A DNA stretch of 64,000 bases. It comes from Candidatus Liptonbacteria bacterium. Lineage in GTDB: Bacteria; Patescibacteriota; Minisyncoccia; UBA6257; 2-01-FULL-56-20. The stretch spans positions 98,155 through 162,154 of the forward strand of contig JACQKW010000015.1 of the NCBI GenBank assembly GCA_016204385.1, given 5' to 3'. Below the pieces are notes generated by a model. It saw only the letters and a program-made list of their open reading frames with translations. It ran no database searches and was not told the origin of the DNA. Below are positions 20,022-28,218 of this stretch, piece by piece. The position numbers and the translations under genes were made by a program. The first letter of the stretch is position 1; every line of letters starts with the position of its first letter.

Positions 20022-21209
20022 TTACCGGCCGCGAGAAAAATCGGCGATGCGGCGCGCCCCTCTTTTAAGATCGTGCATCGAAGCCGCGAAACTTATCCTC
20101 ACAAAACCGGGAGCGAGGAACGACTCACCGGGAACGATAGCGACCCGCTTTTCTTTGAGAAGCTTTGCGCACCATGCGCTCGCAGTCGGCATTCGATGAT
20201 TCAGCAATCTTTGCACATTCACAAAAAGGTAAAATGCTCCCTCGGGAGGAACGAATGAAATCGAATCTATCCGCGAGAGCGAACGAACGAGAAATTCCCG
20301 CCGCAGAGTAAATTCCTGACGCATTCGGGCAAGCGGCGCCTGCGAACCTCGAAGTGCCTCGATCGCCGCCTTTTGCGCGATGGACGAGGTATTCGAAGTG
20401 GTCTGGCTCTGGAGCGAAGTGATCGCGCGAATAAGCCGCTCTGGCCCTGCGGCATAGCCAATGCGCCACCCGGTCATTGCGTATGCCTTCGAGAATCCGT
20501 TTACGGTAAGCGTGCGTTCCCTGATTCTCGGCCCAAAAGACGCAATCGATCGGTGCTTTCCCTGATATAAAATCTTTTCATAAATTTCATCGGAAATCAC
20601 GAAAATGCGTGTTCGAACCGCGAGTTCTGCGATGCGGCGCAGCTCCTCTTGATCGATCGTCGCCCCGGTGGGATTTGCGGGGCTATTCAAAAGCAACACC
20701 CTGGTCCTCGGAGAAAAGCGCTTTGCGAGCGCGAGCGCGGTGAGCTTGAAGGGGCTGGTTAATTTACAATACACCGGTAACGCGCCTGCAAGCTTCACCT
20801 GCTCGACATAGGTAGTCCATGTGGGCGTGGGAATCACCACGTGATCTCCCCTCTCGCAAAGAGCTTGAAACGCATGGTAGAGAATTTGCTTGCTTCCTAC
20901 GCCCGCGACCACTTCAGAGGGAAGGTAAGAAATCTTATTATCGCGGCGGAGCTTTTTTGCGATTTCCTCGCGGAGCTCGGGAATGCCCGGGGTTTCGGTA
21001 TAATGCGTGAACCCCTGGGCGAGCGCAGCGACTCCTGCGCGTACAATATGCGCCGGCGTGCTGAAATCAGGCTCACCGAGGCCAAGATTTATGACCGGGA
21101 TCCCCTCGGCGCGCAGATTCTTTACTTCCGTATCGAGCCCGAGCGTGGGCGACGGAGCAAGGGACCTCACGCGCGATGATATTGTCGTTTCCTTGTTCTT
21201 CACGTGCAT
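20022..21209 (-). CDS. Class I/II PLP-dependent aminotransferase (AspAT-like)
   Basis: 395 aa. It has the LGLGEPDF N-terminal motif, NSPANPTG and a PLP lysine in GFSKAYAMTGWRIGY. Confidence 0.85.
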   Translation of the reverse strand: MHVKNKETTISSRVRSLAPSPTLGLDTEVKNLRAEGIPVINLGLGEPDFSTPAHIVRAGVAALAQGFTHYTETPGIPELREEIAKKLRRDNKISYLPSEVVAGVGSKQILYHAFQALCERGDHVVIPTPTWTTYVEQVKLAGALPVYCKLTSPFKLTALALAKRFSPRTRVLLLNSPANPTGATIDQEELRRIAELAVRTRIFVISDEIYEKILYQGKHRSIASFGPRIRERTLTVNGFSKAYAMTGWRIGYAAGPERLIRAITSLQSQTTSNTSSIAQKAAIEALRGSQAPLARMRQEFTLRREFLVRSLSRIDSISFVPPEGAFYLFVNVQRLLNHRMPTASAWCAKLLKEKRVAIVPGESFLAPGFVRISFAASMHDLKRGARRIADFSRGR

Positions 21210-21218
21210 GTAAGTAAT

Positions 21219-23051
21219 TTATTGCAATCGCTGCCAGCCTTTCTTCCCCGCGAGGCGCGGTACGGGTTTTACCAAGATGTTTTGCGAAAGTTCCTCGTCC
21301 GAGAGATATGGCGCCATATCTTCAAGAGGCCTGCCAAATTCAAGTTTGGGATTCAACTTTTGGTCGCGATCTATCCGCACATCGCAAAGGATCGGCCCTT
21401 TGTGCGCAAGCACTTTCGCAATCATGTCCTTGACCGCCGCCGGTTTCTCGACGACGATCGCGGGAATGCCGTAGGCCTCGGAGACCCGCGCGAAGTCCGG
21501 CATACTGTAGCCGCCTTCGGGCTCGGTTGCGTAACGGCGATTTTCAAAGTAGGCCTCCTGAAATTGCTTGATGATGGCCATCCCACGGTTATTCAAAATG
21601 AACATTTTGATGGGAAGATTGTAGTGGGCAACGGTTTGAAGCTCCTGAATATTTAGCTGGAACCCGCCATCGCCGTCGATGCAGATGATGTCTTTTCCCG
21701 GCGCCGCGAACGCCGCTCCGATTGAGGCGGGGAAGGCGTAGCCCATCGGCGAATTGCCGAAGGTGGAGATGATCCTTTGCCCTTTCTTCACAATCCATCC
21801 CTGCATCGTCCAGACTAAATTTCCCCCTTCGTCCGTAATCACAATTTCATCCTGGGGAAGCGCGTCGGAGAGGGCGTGGATGAACGCATAAGCGCTCACC
21901 GCGGGCATTTGAAAATGTTCGGGAAGGACCGCGTGGTATTTTTTCTTCCATTCGCGCGCGCGAGAAAGCCACGCGCCTATATCGGGCTTCTTGAATTGCG
22001 GAATGCTCGCGAGTGCGGCGTTTAAGAACCGTTTCGCATCGGCGCACACCGCAATCGTCGGCGTAAATCCCCGGTTTTTGTGAAGCTCGTGGGGATCGAT
22101 GTCCACCATGACCGACTTGCCTTCGCGCAAGAACAAATCCACCCGCCCGCCCGTCTGTCGGGTATCAAGCCGCGAGCCCACGGAAATGAGGAGATCCGCA
22201 TTCTGGACAGTAAAATTCGCCCCGCGGTCGCCGTAGACGCCGATCGTCCCGGCATAATTCGGGTGATCGTGCGGTAAAATATCGAACGCGCTCCAAGAGA
22301 CGAGGATCGGGAACCCGAGGGCTTCTGCGAACCGCAGTGCCTCGCGTTCCGCGTTCGCAAGCTTTATGCCGCCTCCCAAAAGCACCGCGGGGCGCCGAGC
22401 CTCCGAGACGAGCGCACCCATTTCAGAAATCTTCTTCTTTAAATCCTCGTCGCTCTCTTGCGGTGTTCCGTGAAAATCCCGGCGCGGATCGAAGGCGGGG
22501 AGGGTTGCGGGGTCAATATCCGCCACTTGCACATCAAGCGGCACATCAATCAAAACCGGCCCCGGGCGGCCTTCATGCGCAATGTAATATGCCTTCTCCA
22601 ATTCAAACCGGATGCGAGAAGGATCACGCACTTGCGCCGCATATTTTGTAATGGGCTTTGCGATGCTCACAATATCGGTTTCCTGGAATCCAACCTGGCG
22701 CGGCCTCGTTTCTATGCTCTCAACCGATTCCTTCGTATTCACCTGGCCCGTGATGAACAATCCCGGTATTGAATCAAAATAGCATCCGCAGATGCCGGTA
22801 ATAAGATTCGTGGCGCCGGGGCCGCTTGTCGCAATCGCAACCCCTATGCCGGGACCAATGCGGGAATAGACTTCCGCGGCCATGGCGCCCGCCTGTTCAT
22901 GTTGGACACAGATATAACGGATATCTCCTTTCGCCTTTTCTCGGTTGCCTAAAGAATCCACGAGGTGCGCGATAGCTCCGCCGGTAACCGAAAATACGTG
23001 GCGCACGCCCCGCTCCGCAAGAAACTCCGCAATATAATCGGTGAGCTTCAT
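21219..23051 (-). CDS. Thiamine-diphosphate-dependent enzyme of the acetolactate synthase large-subunit family
   Basis: 610 aa. It has an N-terminal Pyr domain (ATSGPGATNL), a central domain and a C-terminal GDGGFQ...NN TPP-binding motif. Confidence 0.85.
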   Translation of the reverse strand: MKLTDYIAEFLAERGVRHVFSVTGGAIAHLVDSLGNREKAKGDIRYICVQHEQAGAMAAEVYSRIGPGIGVAIATSGPGATNLITGICGCYFDSIPGLFITGQVNTKESVESIETRPRQVGFQETDIVSIAKPITKYAAQVRDPSRIRFELEKAYYIAHEGRPGPVLIDVPLDVQVADIDPATLPAFDPRRDFHGTPQESDEDLKKKISEMGALVSEARRPAVLLGGGIKLANAEREALRFAEALGFPILVSWSAFDILPHDHPNYAGTIGVYGDRGANFTVQNADLLISVGSRLDTRQTGGRVDLFLREGKSVMVDIDPHELHKNRGFTPTIAVCADAKRFLNAALASIPQFKKPDIGAWLSRAREWKKKYHAVLPEHFQMPAVSAYAFIHALSDALPQDEIVITDEGGNLVWTMQGWIVKKGQRIISTFGNSPMGYAFPASIGAAFAAPGKDIICIDGDGGFQLNIQELQTVAHYNLPIKMFILNNRGMAIIKQFQEAYFENRRYATEPEGGYSMPDFARVSEAYGIPAIVVEKPAAVKDMIAKVLAHKGPILCDVRIDRDQKLNPKLEFGRPLEDMAPYLSDEELSQNILVKPVPRLAGKKGWQRLQ

Positions 23052-23059
23052 AGAAAGAT

Positions 23060-23983
23060 TTATCCCGCCTTTCCCGTGCGCGTGTGGTCGAGCAGCGCAT
23101 CGCCTTCTTCCAAAATCCGCATGTCAATCAGTTTGAGGTTCGCCTGGTACCAGCGGTAAAGTTCGCGGATTGCCTCATGAATAGGTGTGAACCGAAAATC
23201 CGGCAGTTCTTGCATAAGGCGGCGGTTCGCGCCGCTATATTCTTTTCCCATGCCATCGTGGAGCACGCGAATTTCACACTCATGGCCTCCGATTTTATTT
23301 ATGCTACGGGCGATCGAGAGAAGGTCAATCGGATCACCACTCGAAACATTGTATATAGTACCCGGGATTCCGTGAAAGGCGAAGTGCTCGATAATTCGCA
23401 TGAGATCCGCAATATACACGTAGTCATAGACGGTATTTTGCCGTATGGTGATCGGGAGTTCCAGAATATTTTTCAAAATCGCGTTCGAGATGAATCGGAG
23501 ATGGTAGGGCTCGTATTTTCCAAACACGCCGAAGAGCCGCATGCCTAACACCGGAAATGAACGCGCAAGGATTATCTTCGAGCACTCGTATTTGGAACGG
23601 CCGTACTCATCTTCAGGTACGTGCACTCCGAAATAATCCTCGTCCATTTTCGGCGCATAGAACCGGATGTCATATTCAGCGCCGGACCCAAACTGGATCA
23701 TCCGCGCCCCCCCCGGAAGATTGCGGGCAAGGTTTAGGAACATCCGCACGTTCTGATCCTGCACGCCTCGCATGCCCGCCGTGTCGCGCCGGCCACCCAC
23801 GCCCGCGGCATGGAGCACAACCTGAATGCGCTTCAGGGAAAGATAGCCGCGCACCGCATCTTCGTCCAGCAGATCGAGTGCTCCGCGTGACGGAGCAAAG
23901 ACTTTCGCGCGAGGAGAAAAATATTCCGTGAGATTGCGGCCGATAAACCCGCTGCCGCCGGAGATAAAAAGTCGCGTATTCAT
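23060..23983 (-). CDS. NAD-dependent epimerase/dehydratase (short, GDP-fucose-synthase-like fold)
   Basis: Start chosen at the Met at 23983 (MNTRLFISGGSGFIGRNL). It carries a YGRSK catalytic motif. The track's longer ORF (to 24088) would overlap the next gene. Confidence 0.7.
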   Translation of the reverse strand: MNTRLFISGGSGFIGRNLTEYFSPRAKVFAPSRGALDLLDEDAVRGYLSLKRIQVVLHAAGVGGRRDTAGMRGVQDQNVRMFLNLARNLPGGARMIQFGSGAEYDIRFYAPKMDEDYFGVHVPEDEYGRSKYECSKIILARSFPVLGMRLFGVFGKYEPYHLRFISNAILKNILELPITIRQNTVYDYVYIADLMRIIEHFAFHGIPGTIYNVSSGDPIDLLSIARSINKIGGHECEIRVLHDGMGKEYSGANRRLMQELPDFRFTPIHEAIRELYRWYQANLKLIDMRILEEGDALLDHTRTGKAG

Positions 23984-24015
23984 ATGCCCGATATGGACAA
24001 TGCGCGCCGGAAAAC

Positions 24016-25074
24016 TTAGTGTAATTCCATTTTTCCCTCCTCGGTTTCGATCGGCACGTGCCGCATCCAGAGCTTGTTCTTCCACCACTCCCTGTTATTC
24101 ACGTACCAGGCAATCGTGGCTTTGATGCCCTCGTGAAAACTGGTTACGGGCTCCCAGCCCAACACCCGTTGAATTTTCGCGGTATTCGCAGTATGGCGGA
24201 ACACCTGCCCGGGCCGGTCACCCACATTTAAGGCATAGGGAGAATATGAAATTTTATCTTTATGTCCGTGATTCATTTCCTCGATCACCGCCTCGGCAAT
24301 GGTTTTGATGCTCACATCCTTTCCGTTTCCCACGTTAAACACTTCGCCTACGACCTGCGCGGCCGGTGCCCGGAGGACGAGGTCAATCGCTTGTATCAAA
24401 TCTTCAACGTAGGTGAAATCACGGCTGCTCCTGCCCGTACCGTGAATCGTGAGCGGCTCCCCCAAAAGACAGCTTGTCACGAACCGCGGAATCAGTTTTT
24501 CGAGGTGCTGGCGCGGCCCGAACATGTTGAACGGGCGGATGATGACCGCGGGAATCTTGTAGGTGATGTAATAGGACATCACCAGGCGGTCGGCGCCTGC
24601 CTTGGCCGCCGCGTAGGGGCTCTGGGGGATAAGCGGGTGCTCCTCGTCCATTTTATCCTGGAGCGCCGTGCCGTAAACCTCCGAGGTAGAAATATGGATG
24701 AAGCGATCGATCTGCTTCCGGTGGCTCAAAACGGCATTCGCCACCCGCTGAGTGCCGATCACATCGGTTTCAAAAAAATTCGTGTCGTCGTAGATCGAGC
24801 GCGCAACATGCGTCTCGGCCGCAAAGTGGATCACGGCATTCGCCTCCGAAACAAGCTTCTCGACCACCTTCGCGTTCCGGACGTCTCCATAGACGAATCT
24901 GAATCGCGGGCTTGTTTGGATTTCGTCGGGAATGTTCCGAATGTCGCCCGCGTAGGTCAAGGCATCAAGCACAATAAACTTGGTCTCGGGATATTTCTTA
25001 AAAAGATGGATAAGCGCATTGCTGCCGATAAACCCCGCGCCTCCCGTAATGAGGATCGTCTTTGGATTTTGCAT
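24016..25074 (-). CDS. NDP-hexose 4,6-dehydratase (dTDP-glucose 4,6-dehydratase-like, RfbB family)
   Basis: Start at the internal Met (MQNPKTILITGGAGFIGSN). It has HFAAETHVARSI, YAAAKAGAD (YxxxK), NMFGPRQ and EKLIP. Confidence 0.75.
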   Translation of the reverse strand: MQNPKTILITGGAGFIGSNALIHLFKKYPETKFIVLDALTYAGDIRNIPDEIQTSPRFRFVYGDVRNAKVVEKLVSEANAVIHFAAETHVARSIYDDTNFFETDVIGTQRVANAVLSHRKQIDRFIHISTSEVYGTALQDKMDEEHPLIPQSPYAAAKAGADRLVMSYYITYKIPAVIIRPFNMFGPRQHLEKLIPRFVTSCLLGEPLTIHGTGRSSRDFTYVEDLIQAIDLVLRAPAAQVVGEVFNVGNGKDVSIKTIAEAVIEEMNHGHKDKISYSPYALNVGDRPGQVFRHTANTAKIQRVLGWEPVTSFHEGIKATIAWYVNNREWWKNKLWMRHVPIETEEGKMELH

Positions 25075-25116
25075 ACAGTAGAATATAGGGCATTCCCCGG
25101 AAATTGGCAAGAAAAT

Positions 25117-25827
25117 TCACCGCGTCCCCCGCACGCGAAGTTCCCAGAAAAGTTTCAAGATCGCCCGCACCACGGAGAAAAAATTACGCTTGATGGCTTT
25201 CATATTCGGGCCTTTCTTATCTTTCGTGAAAATCATGGGGACCACGGTATAGCTCTTCTTCCGGTAAAGAAGCGGAATAATCGTCTCGGCGCAAAAAGCA
25301 AAACTGCCGTTCAAGGAAATGGTCTTGAGAAGGTCGGTACGCACGACGATCGGCCCGTTGTAATATTTAATTCCGAATCCGAAAAGGATATTGAGCGTGA
25401 GCACAAACCCCTCGGAGACAACCCACCGCACCGGATGCCGCACGCCTTCATTCGCAATGTAAATCAAACTCATGTCGGCTTTTCCGACGGACCGAAAGAG
25501 GTCTTTGAGAGATTCTTTTGTGACCATGTCATCTCCCGGCAGGAGGCAGTGGTATTCCTTCGCCGCAAGCGCGATGCTCTTTTTATAACATCCCCCTTGA
25601 TTCAAATTTACTTCGTTATGCACCGAGCGGATGCGCGGATCCTCCCGCGCGAGCTCGTCCGCAATCGCGCCCGAACGGTCGCGGCTCGCATCGTCAATCA
25701 CGATAATCTCGTAATCTGAAATCACGCCCGCGAGCGCGTCCTTGGCGGCGCGGACACTCCTCTCAAGTGTGTCTTCCTCGTTATACGCGGTCACGACGAC
25801 CGTAAGCGAGGGTCTCTTTTGAGCCAT
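25117..25827 (-). CDS. GT2 polyprenyl-phosphate sugar synthase-like glycosyltransferase (DPM1/CsbB/GtrB-like, soluble form)
   Basis: 236 aa. It has LTVVVTAYNEEDTLERSV...VIDDASRD and a DD motif, with no C-terminal TM region. Confidence 0.7.
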   Translation of the reverse strand: MAQKRPSLTVVVTAYNEEDTLERSVRAAKDALAGVISDYEIIVIDDASRDRSGAIADELAREDPRIRSVHNEVNLNQGGCYKKSIALAAKEYHCLLPGDDMVTKESLKDLFRSVGKADMSLIYIANEGVRHPVRWVVSEGFVLTLNILFGFGIKYYNGPIVVRTDLLKTISLNGSFAFCAETIIPLLYRKKSYTVVPMIFTKDKKGPNMKAIKRNFFSVVRAILKLFWELRVRGTR

Positions 25828-25830
25828 GCT

Positions 25831-26205
25831 CTAACTGTAGAGGAGAAGGAAAAGGCCCGCGATAATGAGGCTTATCCCCGCAACTTTAAACAGAGTGAAC
25901 GACTCGCTGAAGAGAAATATCGAGAGGGCGGTCGTGATCACAATGGTAAGCGCGATGTTTACCGGATACGCCCGCGAGAGCTCCACTTTACTCACAAGCC
26001 AAATCCACAAAAACATCCCCGACCCCAAAAGCACCACCGCCGAGAACACGAAAGGATTCGCGAGTATCTTCAATGCCCTCACGATCAGATTCTGATCCCC
26101 GGCGAAGATGCGGCCGAGGTCAAGCGAACCGCGCTTTAGGAGCAGCTGGGCGACGGCATTTATGCCTGCGGTGATCAAAAAAACGCCGAGATAGATAGGG
26201 CTCAT
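25831..26205 (-). CDS. Small 4-TM SMR/EamA-like membrane protein (GtrA/ArnE-F-like candidate lipid-linked sugar flippase)
   Basis: 124 aa with four hydrophobic helices. It sits immediately upstream of the polyprenyl-phosphate glycosyltransferase, with a 4-nt gap. Confidence 0.5.
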   Translation of the reverse strand: MSPIYLGVFLITAGINAVAQLLLKRGSLDLGRIFAGDQNLIVRALKILANPFVFSAVVLLGSGMFLWIWLVSKVELSRAYPVNIALTIVITTALSIFLFSESFTLFKVAGISLIIAGLFLLLYS

Positions 26206-26227
26206 CTTCGTTTCATACTAATAAAGA

Positions 26228-26268
26228 TGGGGAGAAAAGAAAAGCGCTCCGACACGTTGTCGGAGCGC
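26228..26268 (-). terminator. Rho-independent terminator for 26289..26834
   Basis: On the minus strand the hairpin GCGCTCCGACAACGTGTCGGAGCGC is followed by TTTTCTTTTCT. Confidence 0.6.
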
Positions 26269-26288
26269 GATGATGCGGTGCGCTGGAT

Positions 26289-26834
26289 TCAGTAACCTCT
26301 CACCTCCCTGTACTTCTTCATGGCCGCGGGGATGACGAAGTCCCGATGGGACGCCACGAGACCGTCCCCGTCCGTGTGAGGAAAAAAGAACGCTCCCCTC
26401 GGATTCGTGGGGATTCCGCGCGCGAGAGCGATGAAGATCCGAAGCGTGTACATGCCGCGCTCGGAATCCGTCGCATCCACCGTCGCCGCCGGGATCACCC
26501 AGTCGAAGTCAACCCCCTCGCGCCGCTTGAGCCGCTCGAAAGTGTTCCCGAGAAACTCGTTCTTTCCATGCGTCACGCCCGGACAGTGGAGCTGTCCCGG
26601 ATACGGCTCGCTCGGGCTCTCCCAGGGGGTCGGCCTCCGAACGAGGTAAAGCTTTCCCTTCTCGTTGAAAAGCGCGAGCTCGGTCGAGATGTTCTTCTTC
26701 GACCGCACGTGCGCTTCGAAGACCTCGCCCGGCATGTCCTTCCCTTTGTTCTGGCAGTAGGCGATCTTTCCCAAAATCGCCACCGCGACTTCTTGTTCTT
26801 CGTCCGTCCACTCGGTGCTTTTCGGGTCTACCAA
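26289..26834 (-). CDS. Hypothetical protein (181 aa) on its own promoter/terminator unit
   Basis: I recognise no motif with confidence. It is bounded by a consensus sigma70-like promoter and an intrinsic terminator. Confidence 0.4.
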   Translation of the reverse strand: MVDPKSTEWTDEEQEVAVAILGKIAYCQNKGKDMPGEVFEAHVRSKKNISTELALFNEKGKLYLVRRPTPWESPSEPYPGQLHCPGVTHGKNEFLGNTFERLKRREGVDFDWVIPAATVDATDSERGMYTLRIFIALARGIPTNPRGAFFFPHTDGDGLVASHRDFVIPAAMKKYREVRGY

Positions 26835-26885
26835 GCGTCACCTCCGGCGTTATACGGGAAACGGTTGTCAAAAAATCCGAAGAAT

Positions 26886-26914
26886 ATACTACACCACAAG
26901 ATGCAGTATGTCAA
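26886..26914 (-). promoter_or_regulatory. Near-consensus sigma70 promoter (TTGACA, 17 nt spacer, TAGTAT) driving 26289..26834
   Basis: On the minus strand: cTTGACAtactgcatcttgtggtgTAGTATattc. Confidence 0.45.
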
Positions 26915-26935
26915 GCGAGCGTGGGTAGTGAGCGG

Positions 26936-28168
26936 TTACCTTTGTCTTTTAAGAAAACTCCCGAATACCTCGAACAAATGCGCAAACATTTTTCCGGTCA
27001 TGCCGTGGTGGCAGCCGATGAGGAATGAGTTTTTCATCACATAATCGGTTACGGGATACCCGCCCCGCCGCGCGCGGAAGGGATGGATGCGCCGGAAGCC
27101 GGGTTGTTTTAGGGCGTTACCGGTGAAAATCGGCCTTGTTTGGATGTTGTGCTTTTCAAGGTACTTGGTGATTTGAAGGCGGGTAAACGGCGCTCTCCGG
27201 CGGATAGTGAGCGGAAACGCAAGCCAGACAGTACTCGCCTTCGGGTATTCTTCGGGGAGAATGAAAAAATCTTCATATTGCCCAAAAAACCTCTTGAGGC
27301 GCTTGAAGTTCGCCCGCCTCCGGCGGGTAAACTCTGGAAGCCGCTTCAGATTCTCGAGCGCGAACGCCGCTTGGATTTCACTCGGCTGAAAATTGTATCC
27401 GATTTCGCTGAAGATGAATTTCGCGTCGTACGGAATATTCCCGATCTTCGACGAGAACCGCTTCCGGATGTCCTCGGATTTCGCGTACGCGCCGAAGAGC
27501 GTGGACTCGCGTCCCCAATTCGACATCACGAGCGCGCGGCGGGCGAGATCTCGGCCGTTCACGCACACCATTCCACCGCCGCCCGCGGCGGTCACAATGT
27601 GAGACGCATAGAAGCTTGTGGTCGTAATATCGGAATATGTTCCCGTGGGCCTTCCCGCGAACGCTCCGCCGAGTGTATCGCACGAATCTTCGATGTAAAG
27701 CAATTTATGTTTTTTTGCAATCGCGAGGAGTTTTCGGAAATCCGGCAAATTCCCGATAAGCGAGGGGATCATGAGCGCTTTGGTTTTCTTCGTGATGAGT
27801 GGTTCAATCTGCTCCTCGTTAATCTGATACGTACCCATTTTCACATCCGCGAAGACCGGCACAAGCCCTTTCTGCACGATCGGCGCAAGCGTGGTCGAGA
27901 AGGTAAGGAGTGGGGTAATAACCTCCGCTCCTTTGGGCAACCCCGCGATTTCAAGCGCGATCAAATTCGCCGAAGAACCGGAGTTCACCATCACGCCGTG
28001 CTTTTTCCCGAAAAGCTTCGCGATTTTTGCCTCGAAATCATGCACCAAATTGCCCGCAACGATCATTTTATTCGGGCGCTTAAGTACGGCGTTTACAGCC
28101 ACAATTTCCTTCCCATCGTAGAACGTCGTCGCGTAAGGAACGCGGATTCTTTTTTCTTTACTTTTCAT
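26936..28168 (-). CDS. DegT/DnrJ/EryC1 fold enzyme with His in place of the PLP lysine, a ColD/E1-like sugar 3-dehydratase candidate
   Basis: 410 aa. The usual SF(H/Y)xxK motif reads SFYASHIVTAAGGGG, that is H instead of K. This is the hallmark of ColD/E1-type 3-dehydrases. There is no obvious [2Fe-2S] Cys cluster. Confidence 0.65.
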   Translation of the reverse strand: MKSKEKRIRVPYATTFYDGKEIVAVNAVLKRPNKMIVAGNLVHDFEAKIAKLFGKKHGVMVNSGSSANLIALEIAGLPKGAEVITPLLTFSTTLAPIVQKGLVPVFADVKMGTYQINEEQIEPLITKKTKALMIPSLIGNLPDFRKLLAIAKKHKLLYIEDSCDTLGGAFAGRPTGTYSDITTTSFYASHIVTAAGGGGMVCVNGRDLARRALVMSNWGRESTLFGAYAKSEDIRKRFSSKIGNIPYDAKFIFSEIGYNFQPSEIQAAFALENLKRLPEFTRRRRANFKRLKRFFGQYEDFFILPEEYPKASTVWLAFPLTIRRRAPFTRLQITKYLEKHNIQTRPIFTGNALKQPGFRRIHPFRARRGGYPVTDYVMKNSFLIGCHHGMTGKMFAHLFEVFGSFLKRQR

Positions 28169-28190
28169 GTTTTATGTCTGTCGTACGTAT

Positions 28191-28218
28191 CACCTTTTAC
28201 TTATTACACCTTACGTCC
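28191..28218. promoter_or_regulatory. Conserved island motif, instance 3, in inverted orientation (plus strand CACCTTTTACTTATTACACCTTACGTCC)
   Basis: The reverse complement CGTAAGGTGTAATAAGTAAAAGGTG matches instances 1 and 2. It lies 23 nt upstream of the start of 26936..28168. Confidence 0.4.

Noticed and set aside
24262-25719. 485-aa plus-strand ORF
   Set aside because: It is entirely antisense to the NDP-hexose dehydratase and GT2 genes. It is rich in Arg/His with no recognisable motifs. The minus-strand genes carry textbook motifs.
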